Assembly: GCA_963715595.1 (NCBI GenBank)
Contig: OY970255.1
Coordinates: forward strand, 155,796-219,795
Length of the DNA stretch: 64,000 nt
Direction: 5' to 3'
Origin: an uncultured Actinomycetota bacterium
Lineage (GTDB): Bacteria; Actinomycetota; Actinomycetes; Actinomycetales; CAWJMD01
Shown here: piece after piece, positions 37,368 through 48,564 of the stretch
How the letters are laid out: every line of letters begins with the position of its first letter
Numbering within the stretch: position 1 is the first letter of the stretch
Position numbers and translations under genes: made by a program
The notes under the pieces: model-generated
Told to the model about the DNA's origin: nothing
What the model saw: the letters and a program-made list of their open reading frames with translations, nothing else
The model's database searches: none

Positions 37368-39725
37368 GTGTCCACCGCCACTCCCGTCTCCCGCCGCCGT
37401 CGTCTGCTCGGTCTCGCCCTCGCGACCGCGCTCGTCGGACCGCTGGTCACCCCCCTGGTCCTGGGCGGAACCGCAGCACCCTCCGCCGCCGCGACGCTGA
37501 CCCTGCGCCAGCCGATGCCCGCCGACGCGGTCGTCGACATGGTCGGCATCAACGTGCACACCGCGAGCCGTGAGCACTACGGCGACAAGGCCCGCGTCAC
37601 CGCGGCGCTGCGCGAGCTGGGTGTGCGGCACGTGCGCGACCGCGTGTACACCAATCGCCCGGACCAGTACGACCGGCTGCGGGCGCTCGGCGCGGAGGGC
37701 ATCGGCCTGAACGTCATCGCCGGCGACCCGACCCTGGCCGGCGGGACGCCCGAGGCGATCGTGCAGACCGCCGTCCGCGAGCTGCCGGGCATGGTCGAGA
37801 GCTACGAGGGCGCCAACGAGTGGAACCTCAAGCGCCGCCCGAACTGGGCCGCCGAGCTGCGCGCGCACCAGACCCGCCTCTACGGGGCGGTGCGCGCCAA
37901 CCCGGTGCACTCCCGCGTGCCCGTGATGGCGCCGGCGCTCGGCCAGCGCGAGGGCCGCGAGGAGCTCGGCTCCCTCGCCGGCATCGCCGACCTGGGCAAC
38001 AACCACCTCTACATGGGCGGCCGCGAGCCGTCGTGGCTGGTCGACCAGGAGCTGAGCCGCGAGCGCGCCCTGAAGGTCCCGAACAAGCAGGTCGTGGTGA
38101 CCGAGGCCGGCTACCACGACGCGATGGTCGACCCGACCACCCACTTCCCGACCCCGCAGGACGTCTCGGCCGACTACCTGCCGCGCTGGGTGATGGAGTA
38201 CGCCAAGCGCGACGCCCTGACCCACCAGGTCTACCTCTACCAGCTGATGGACGAGGGCACGAACAACGCCGACCGCGAGGACAAGTTCGGCCTCGTGCGA
38301 CCGGACTTCACCCGCAAGCCCGGCTTCACCGCGCTGAAGAACACCCTGGCCCTGTTCGAGGACCCGGGCGGCTACCAGCCCCAGCCCACCCCGCTCGCGC
38401 TCGGCGTCACCTCCACCGCCACCGACGTGCAGACCCTGGTCACCCAGCGCCGCGACGGCAGCTACGTCCTGGCCGTCTGGCGACGCACCAGCTCCTGGCA
38501 GCAGAAGGACGAGGTGCGCCTGGCGGTCCCCGCGGTGCCGGTCACCCTCGACCTGGCCACCGCGATGGACGCCGCCGTGCACACCCCCACCACCTCCGCC
38601 ACGCCCCGCTCGACCGCGACCCGCACCACCCGGGTCAACCTCTCGGTCGGCAACGGCCTGCAGGTCGTCAAGCTCACCGCCCCGGTCAGCACGCCGCCGC
38701 CGACCACGCCGCCGCCGACCACGCCGCCGCCGACCACGCCGCCGCCGACCACGCCGCCGCCGACCACGCCGCCGCCGACCACGCCGCCGCCGACCACGCC
38801 GCCGCCGACGTCCCCGACGACGCCGCCGACGACGTCCCCGACGACCCCCTCGACGCCCGCCCCGTCCCCGTCCCCCTCCCCGACGGGTGACGTCGTCGCG
38901 CCGAGCTCGCGGCTGGCGCTGTCGGCCACCGCGACCGGCAGCGGCGACCTGGTGGCGGTGGGCGCCAAGGGCGTCCCGAACCACCTGGAGTGGTCCGCCG
39001 AGGAGGGCCTCGGCCGGCCGCGCGCCCTCAGCGGCCAGACCGACTACGCACCGGCCCTGACCCGGGCCCCCGACGGCAGCCTCGACGCCCTCGTCGTCGG
39101 CACCAACGGCGCCCTGTACTCCAGCCGCCAGGCCGCGGGCTCGTCGTCCTGGAGCCCGTGGACGCGCGTCGGCGGCGCCCTGGTCGGGCGCCCGGCGGCG
39201 ACCACCTGGCCCGACGGCACCCTGCAGGTCTTCGCGGCCGGCACCGACCGCGCCGTGTGGCAGACCTGGCGCACCCCGCAGGGCCGGTGGGCCGGCTGGC
39301 ACAAGACCGGTGGCCTGGTGGCCGCGGGCACCGGCGTCTCGGTGTCGTCGGCCCCCGACCGGACGCTGACCGTGGCCGTCCACGGCGCCGACCACGCGGT
39401 CTGGACGACCGGCTGGCGTCCGGGCGGCGGCTGGCAGCGGGGCTGGACCTCCCTCGGCGGCGCCCTGCTCGGTGACCCGGCCGTGGCGGTCGACGGCGCG
39501 AGCGGCCGCGCGGTCGTGGTGGTGCGCGGCACCGACCACGTCGCCTACGCCCGCGACGTCAGCGGACCCGGCGCCGCCGGGTGGACCCGCCTCGGCGGCG
39601 TCCTCGGCGGGTCGCCCGCGGTCTCGACCGTGCCCGGTGCCGGCGTGGACGTCGTGGTGGTCGCCCCCGGCGACCGGCTGCTGCACCTGACCCGCACCCG
39701 CGGCTCCTGGTCGGCCTGGAGCTGA
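37368..39725 (+). CDS. secreted clan-GH-A-like hydrolase + (PPPTT)n linker + PLL/DUF346-like 5-bladed lectin-type beta-propeller
   Basis: Intact ORF. The catalytic domain is almost identical to 30036. A Pro/Thr linker follows, then repeats with W-x2-W-x2-[LV]GG spacing (WSPWTRVGG, WAGWHKTGG, WQRGWTSLGG, AGWTRLGG, SWSAWS*). The start is placed at the GTG at 37368 by homology; the track ORF begins at 37341. Confidence 0.7.
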   Translation: MSTATPVSRRRRLLGLALATALVGPLVTPLVLGGTAAPSAAATLTLRQPMPADAVVDMVGINVHTASREHYGDKARVTAALRELGVRHVRDRVYTNRPDQYDRLRALGAEGIGLNVIAGDPTLAGGTPEAIVQTAVRELPGMVESYEGANEWNLKRRPNWAAELRAHQTRLYGAVRANPVHSRVPVMAPALGQREGREELGSLAGIADLGNNHLYMGGREPSWLVDQELSRERALKVPNKQVVVTEAGYHDAMVDPTTHFPTPQDVSADYLPRWVMEYAKRDALTHQVYLYQLMDEGTNNADREDKFGLVRPDFTRKPGFTALKNTLALFEDPGGYQPQPTPLALGVTSTATDVQTLVTQRRDGSYVLAVWRRTSSWQQKDEVRLAVPAVPVTLDLATAMDAAVHTPTTSATPRSTATRTTRVNLSVGNGLQVVKLTAPVSTPPPTTPPPTTPPPTTPPPTTPPPTTPPPTTPPPTTPPPTSPTTPPTTSPTTPSTPAPSPSPSPTGDVVAPSSRLALSATATGSGDLVAVGAKGVPNHLEWSAEEGLGRPRALSGQTDYAPALTRAPDGSLDALVVGTNGALYSSRQAAGSSSWSPWTRVGGALVGRPAATTWPDGTLQVFAAGTDRAVWQTWRTPQGRWAGWHKTGGLVAAGTGVSVSSAPDRTLTVAVHGADHAVWTTGWRPGGGWQRGWTSLGGALLGDPAVAVDGASGRAVVVVRGTDHVAYARDVSGPGAAGWTRLGGVLGGSPAVSTVPGAGVDVVVVAPGDRLLHLTRTRGSWSAWS
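37497..38687 (+). repeat. near-identical 1.19-kb duplication, copy 2
   Basis: See 30165-31355. Confidence 0.9.
38691..38810 (+). repeat. perfect 15-bp tandem repeat x8 encoding (TPPPT)8
   Basis: acgccgccgccgacc is repeated 8 times head to tail; only the final base of unit 8 differs. Degenerate P/T/S codons continue to about 38886. Confidence 0.95.
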
Positions 39726-39755
39726 CCCGCACGACCCGCACACCCGCTCGACCAC

Positions 39756-39788
39756 CCGACCGGCCCGCCCACCAGGCGGGCCGGTCGG
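39756..39788. terminator. bidirectional hairpin between convergent genes
   Basis: ccgaccggcccgcc (39756-39769), loop cacca, ggcgggccggtcgg (39775-39788). This is a 14-bp perfect stem. Confidence 0.6.
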
Positions 39789-39828
39789 CTGCGTCGGGGG
39801 GACGCCGCCCACGCGCGGGACGGGCGCC

Positions 39829-40797
39829 TCAGCGCGAGGTGTCGTCGGCCTTCTCGGCGGTGGCGTCCGGCTGGGCGGCGCGCTGGGCGCGCCGCTCGGC
39901 CGCGAAGGTGAGCGGCAGGCCGTGCCGGCGCCGCACCAGCGCCCAGACGAGGGGGCCGGCGACGAACGCGGCGAGCAGGGCCACGCCGAGCTCGACGTTG
40001 CCGACCCCGAGCAGCTTCAGCGCCGAGGCGAGCAGCACGTAGACCAGGGCCCAGCGCACCAGCCGCCCGTTCACCCGGGACGACACGGCCGCGCCGACCA
40101 GCACGCCGGGGATGCCGCCGATCAGGATGCCGGCGGCGATGTCGAGCTGGAAGTCGCCGAGCAGCAGGTGGCCGAGGGCGGCCGCGGCCACCAGGGGCAC
40201 CGCCTGGGTGAGGTCGGTGCCGACGAGCTTGTTCATCTTCAGCATCGGGTACAGCGCGAGCAGGGCGACGATGATGAGCGAGCCGGACCCGACCGAGGTG
40301 ACGCCGACGACCAGGCCGCCGACGGCGCCGACGAGCACGGTCGGCAGGCGGCGCACCTGCACCCGCGCCGGGACGTCCTCGTCGCTGACGGCCGTGCCGT
40401 TCACCCGCTCGCGCAGCCGCACGTAGGCGCGCGCGGCCAGCCCGGCGACCGCGAGCAGCAGGGCGACGCCGAGGGCGATCTGGATCAGGTCCTGCACGTC
40501 CTGGCCGTCGCCGAGCGAGCGCGCGAGCAGCACCCCGAGGAAGGCGGACGGCACCGACCCGACGCACAGCCAGCCGACGAGCGGCAGGTCGACGGTGCCG
40601 CGGCGCAGGTGCACGCCCGCCCCGAACGGCTTCATCACCGCCGTGGCGACCAGGTCGCTGCTCACGGCCGCCAGCGGGGGGATGCCGAAGAAGATGACCA
40701 GCATGGGCGTCATCAGGGCGCCACCGCCCATGCCGGTGAGGCCGATGACGATGCCCACGCCGAACGCGCTGAGCACGAGGAGCAGCTCGGTGCCCAC
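39829..40797 (-). CDS. TauE/SafE-family anion permease
   Basis: Intact ORF: MGTELLLVLSAFGVGIVIGLTGMGGGALMTPMLV...VGVTSVGSGSLIIVALL..., about 8 TM. It starts 9 nt downstream of the cysC stop, so it is probably in the same operon. Confidence 0.8.
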   Translation of the reverse strand: MGTELLLVLSAFGVGIVIGLTGMGGGALMTPMLVIFFGIPPLAAVSSDLVATAVMKPFGAGVHLRRGTVDLPLVGWLCVGSVPSAFLGVLLARSLGDGQDVQDLIQIALGVALLLAVAGLAARAYVRLRERVNGTAVSDEDVPARVQVRRLPTVLVGAVGGLVVGVTSVGSGSLIIVALLALYPMLKMNKLVGTDLTQAVPLVAAAALGHLLLGDFQLDIAAGILIGGIPGVLVGAAVSSRVNGRLVRWALVYVLLASALKLLGVGNVELGVALLAAFVAGPLVWALVRRRHGLPLTFAAERRAQRAAQPDATAEKADDTSR

Positions 40798-40806
40798 GTC
40801 GACCTC

Positions 40807-42109
40807 CTAGAGGGCGCCGGCCGCGCGCACCGCGTCGAGCACGGCGGCGGCGGCCTCGTCGGTGGACGTCGTGGAGGTGTCCACGACGAGGTCGGCGTCG
40901 ACGGGCGCCTCGTAGGGGTCGTCGATGCCGGTGAAGCCGGTGATCTCGCCGCGGCGCGCGGCCGCGTACAGGCCCTTGCGGTCGCGCTGCTCGCACACCT
41001 CGAGCGGGGTGCTGACGTGCACGAGGACGAACCGGGCCCCGACCTGCTCGGCCATGGCGCGCACGTCGTCGCGCACCGAGGCGTAGGGCGCGATGGGGGC
41101 TGCCACGGCCAGGCCGCCGTGCCGGGCCACCTCGGCCGCGACGTACCCGATGCGGCGCACGTTCAGGTCGCGGTCCTCGCGGGAGAAGCCGAGACCGGCC
41201 GAGAGCAGGCGGCGCACGTCGTCGCCGTCGAGCAGCGTGACGGTGCGTCCGGCCGAGCGCAGCAGGTCGGTGACCGCGCGGGCCACGGTCGACTTGCCCG
41301 AGCCGGACAGGCCGCTGAGCAGCACGACGGCGCCGGGACGCTGCACCGGCGCGGCGTCGTCCTCACCGGGCTCGGGGTCGGGCAGCGCGAGCAGCTCCAC
41401 GCCGGTCGCGGTCAGGGCCGTCGCGGTGGGGGCCGTCGCGGTGGGGGCGTCGGCGCCGGCCGCGGTCACCAGGGCGGCCGCCTGCGCGCCGTGCCCGCGC
41501 GCGAGCACCAGCTCGCGCACCGCCGCGGGGACGGCGCAGGTGGCCGCGGGGGCGGGCAGCGGGACGGCCCGCACGTCCTCGGACGCGGGCCCGGCCAGCC
41601 GCAGCACGGCCGGCACCAGCCGCTCGGGCGGCTCGGCGCCGGGACGCCCGGAGCCGGTGAGCACCAGCCAGGTCAGGGGCAGGCCGCGCTCGCGGGCCCG
41701 CGCGCGCAGCGCCTGCACCTGGTTCGGGGCCGGGAGGGTGTCGACCACCGCGACCAGGCGGGGCGCGTCGTCGCCCGGACCGCGGACGAGGTCGTGGAAC
41801 GCGTGCCGGCCGAAGGGGCGCAGCCAGTCGAGCCGGCCGTGCACCGAGCAGCCGGCCGGGTCGGCCGCCGCCGGCGCCAGGACGTGCAGCACCGCCAGCA
41901 CGGTGCCCTCGGGATCGGCCAGCGCGACGCGGTCGCCGGGTCCGACGGCGTCGGGCGCGAGCGGCAGCCGCTGGCGGTGCGCGCCGGGCGGGCCGTCGTC
42001 GAGCGCGTCGAGCCTCGGCGGACAGGTCGAGGGAGGCGAGGGCGAGGTCGTCCAGGCACGGGCCGTCGAGGACGACGTGGGACGAGGGCGCCGCGGGGTC
42101 GGCGGTCAT
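40807..42109 (-). CDS. cysC: APS kinase with N-terminal degenerate ATP-sulfurylase-like domain; 1 frameshift
   Basis: The C-terminal domain is VVLLSGLSGSGKSTVA...LLDGDDVRRLLSAGLGFSREDRDLNVRRIGYVAAE...PYEAP (CysC). The N-terminal roughly 200 aa (HVVLDGPCLDDLALASLDL...GDRVALADPEGTVLAVLHV...) resemble the PUA-like and early catalytic part of Sat but lack the QTRNP and HRAH motifs. The frame shifts near 42012. Confidence 0.8.
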
Positions 42110-42114
42110 GGTGG

Positions 42115-42432
42115 TCAGTGCCGGGTCCGGCGTGCCGACACCGACATCGCGGTGCCACCGCCGACGAGCAGCAGCCCGACGCCGGCCCAGCCGGCCGCCT
42201 GCACACCGGTGCGGGGCAGCTGCAGGCCGAGCACGTCGACGTGGGAGTTGACCGTCACGCGGGGGCCGGTGCGCGGGGCGTCCTGCTCGGTGACGCTGCC
42301 GACGGACGGGACGGGGGTCGACGGCGGGTAGGTCGCGGCGGCGGCGGGCGTCGCGGCGGCGGCGAGGGCGCCGGCCAGCACGCACGCGGCAGCGAGACCG
42401 CGCAGCCTGCGTACCGCACCCACCACGACCAC
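42115..42432 (-). CDS. small secreted sortase substrate (LPRTG), paralog of 8628-8906
   Basis: It occupies the last ~105 codons of the long shadow ORF 42115-45981. VVVVGAVRRLRGLAAACVLAGALAAAATPAAA|ATYPPSTPVPS...LQLPRTG-VQAAGWAGVGLLLVGGGTAM-SVSARRTRH*. A GGGGAGGGG Shine-Dalgarno lies upstream of the GTG at 42432. The stop is 5 nt before the cysC start. Confidence 0.55.
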   Translation of the reverse strand: MVVVGAVRRLRGLAAACVLAGALAAAATPAAAATYPPSTPVPSVGSVTEQDAPRTGPRVTVNSHVDVLGLQLPRTGVQAAGWAGVGLLLVGGGTAMSVSARRTRH

Positions 42433-42543
42433 TGCCCCTCCCCGTGGGTCCCACCCGGACCCGTCCGGCACCCAGCGTAGGGGCCGTCCACCCCCGGCGT
42501 CGCCCGTTCCGCCCAGCGCGGCGGGGCGGCGGGCGCCGCGTAC

Positions 42544-42553
42544 CCCGATCGGG
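42544..42553. promoter_or_regulatory. CCCGATCGGG palindrome, site 3
   Basis: ccccgatcgggt lies in the divergent intergenic region between the LPRTG-cysC-TauE operon (start 42432) and mfd (start 42598). Confidence 0.3.
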
Positions 42554-42597
42554 TGCGGCGGACCACCCGTCCGCGGGGACCTACCCTGGAGCACGAC

Positions 42598-46212
<3,615 letters not shown>

Positions 46213-46305
46213 CCTCGTTCACCACGTTCAGTCGGCGATCACCTACCGAACGTGGCGTGCGAGCCTCGTGGAGTAGGTGCTCACCTCGCCAGGTGCAGCC
46301 GGGTC

Positions 46306-47548
46306 CTAGCGCACCAGCGCCGCCGCCACGTGCTCGCCGATGAGCAGCGACGCCGTGGCCGCGGGGGAGGGCGCGTTCAGCACGTGCACGACCGGGCCCT
46401 GGCGCCGCAGCGCGAAGTCGTCGTGCAGCCGGCCGTCGCGGCGCACCGCCTGGGCGCGCACCCCGGCCGGGGACGGGACGAGGTCGTCGGCCCGCAGGTC
46501 GGGCAGGAGCCGCTGCACGGCCCGCACGAACAGCACGTCGGACGCCGCGCGCGCCACCTCGGCCGCGCCGTACCGCCAGTGCCGCCGGGCCAGCCGCCAC
46601 GCGCCCGGGAAGCGCAGCGTCGCGGCGAGGTCGGACGCCGAGACCTCGCGCCGGCGGTAGCCCTCGCGGGCCAGCGCCGGCACCGCGTTCGGGCCGACGT
46701 GGACGTGCCCGTCGACGCCCCGGGTGAGGTGCACGCCCAGGAACGGCAGGTCGGGGTCCGGCACCGGGTAGACCAGGCCGCGGACGAGGTGCTCGGCGCC
46801 CGGCGCCAGCGCGCGGTACTCGCCGCGGAACGGCAGCACGCGCAGGTCCTCGGCGGGGTCGTCGTCGCGCGCCGCGGCGCCCGCGAGCCGGTCGGCGTGC
46901 AGCCCCGCGCACACGGCGACGGCGTCGGCGTCGAGCACCCACCGTCCGTCGCCGTCGTCGACGAGCAGCTGGGCGCCGTCGCCGTGCGGGCGCAGCCCGA
47001 GCACCCGCGTCCCGAGCCGCAGCTCGGCCCCCGCGTCGTGCAGCAGGCCGGCGAGCCGGTGCGCGAGCGCGGAGTAGTCGCAGACCCCGGTGGTCGCCAC
47101 GTGCAGCGCCGCCACGCGAGCGCACGTGCGGCTCGTGCTCGCGCGCCCGGTCCGGTGAGAGTCGCTGCACGGGAACGCCGTTCGCCTCCCCGCGTCGGGC
47201 CAGCTCAGCCAGGCGCGGCAGCTCGCGCTCGTCTGCGGCCACCACCAGCTTGCCCGTGGTGCGGTACGGCACGTCGTGCTCGGCGCAGAACGCCGCCAGC
47301 CGCTCGACCGCCCGCGGCGTCAGGCGCGCCTTGAGCGAGCCGGGCGCGTAGTACAGGCCGGAGTGCACGACACCGGAGCTGTGCCCCGACTGGTGCTGCG
47401 CCCAGCCCTCCTCCTTCTCGAGCACGACGACGTCGCGGCCGGCGCGCACCAGCGCCCACGCCGCGGCCAGCCCGACCAGGCCGCCGCCCACCACCACCGT
47501 CCGACCCACGCGTCCACCGTAGGCGGCGGCCCGTAGGGTCGCCCGCAT
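46306..47548 (-). CDS. lhgO: L-2-hydroxyglutarate oxidase-like FAD oxidoreductase; 1 frameshift
   Basis: VVVGGGLVGLAAAWAL...VVLEKEEGWAQHQSGHSSGVVHSGLYYAPGSLKA is the LhgO/YgaF signature. The frame shifts near 47115. The start ATG at 47548 or a nearby GTG is uncertain. Confidence 0.7.
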
Positions 47549-48564
47549 GGCGCAGGGTGCGAACGGGCTGGTGCTGCTGCACGTCGCGGCGCAGGTGCCC
47601 GCGGGGCTGCTGACCCGCGACGGCTGGCAGGCCCTCGACCAGGCCGACGAGGTGCTCGCCCGCGAGGTGCCGGACGGCTGGGGCCCTGCGCTCGAGGCGG
47701 CCGGCGTCGCCGTGCACCCGGTCGACGGCACGCCCGACGAGGTGGCCACGCGGCTGCTGACCGCCGCCGCGTCCGGACGGGTGGTCTGGCTCGTCCCCGC
47801 CGGTGACGACGGCGGCGTGGCACGCGCACTGACCCAGGCCCTGGTGCGGGGCGCGGGACCCGCTGCGCCGCAGGTGGAGTCGCTGCTCGGCTCGTGGGAG
47901 GTCCCCGGGTCGACGCTGCTCGAGCTGGTGCAGGTCATGGACGTGCTGCGCTCGCCCGGCGGCTGCCCGTGGGACGCCGAGCAGACCCACGCGTCGCTGC
48001 TGCCGTACGCGCTCGAGGAGGCGTTCGAGCTCGCCGAGGCGGTCGAGACCGGCGACCGCGAGCACCTGGTCGAGGAGCTCGGCGACCTGCTGCTCCAGGT
48101 CGTGTTCCACGCCCGGGTCGCGCAGGACGACGCCGACGAGCCCTTCGACGTCGACGCCGTGGCCGGCGGCATCGTGCGCAAGCTGCGCCGGCGCCACCCG
48201 CACGTGTTCGGCGACGTCGACGCGCCGACCGCGGCGCACGTCGAGGCGAACTGGGAGCAGATCAAGAAGGCCGAGAAGGGCCGGGAGTCGGTGCTCGACG
48301 GCGTCCCGGTGGCGCTGCCCGCGCTCGCCCGCGCCGACAAGGTGCTCGGCCGCGTCGCCCGCACCGGTCTCGACGTCCCGCTCGGCTCCGCGGACGGCTC
48401 GACCGGCGAGCGGCTGCTCGCCGAGGCCGTGCGCGCCCGCGGCCGCGGCGAGGACCCGGAGGCGGCGCTGCGCGCGTCGGTGCGCGCGCTGGAGGCCCGC
48501 GCGCGCGCGGCCGAGGCCGGACGACCGGCACCCAGCACGTGGCTGCGCGCGGTGCCGTCGTCGA
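47547..48564 (+). CDS. mazG: MazG nucleoside triphosphate pyrophosphohydrolase (long actinobacterial form); no stop codon before the next gene
   Basis: LRSPGGCPWDAEQTHASLLPYALEEAFELAEAV...EELGDLLLQVVFHA...RRHPHVFGD...WEQIKKAEK. It reads straight into the downstream nucleotidyltransferase in the same frame, so the end coordinate is nominal. Confidence 0.75.

Noticed and set aside
29949-38687. The duplicated 1.4-kb segments, considered as a possible insertion sequence or composite transposon.
   Set aside because: No transposase, no terminal inverted repeats and no target-site duplication were found. The repeats are the 5' parts of two paralogous hydrolase genes in direct orientation.
38691-38810. 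Regular 15-bp repeats here and at 14851-14925, considered as a possible CRISPR array.
   Set aside because: The units are directly adjacent with no spacers, are only 15 bp long, and lie in frame inside coding sequences. No cas genes are present.
46213-46305. A slightly less GC-rich spacer between mfd and lhgO with short inverted repeats (ccacgttc/gaacgtgg, cacctac/gtaggtg), considered as a possible small RNA.
   Set aside because: These are most simply overlapping terminator hairpins for two convergent genes. There is no promoter-like element and I cannot assess conservation.
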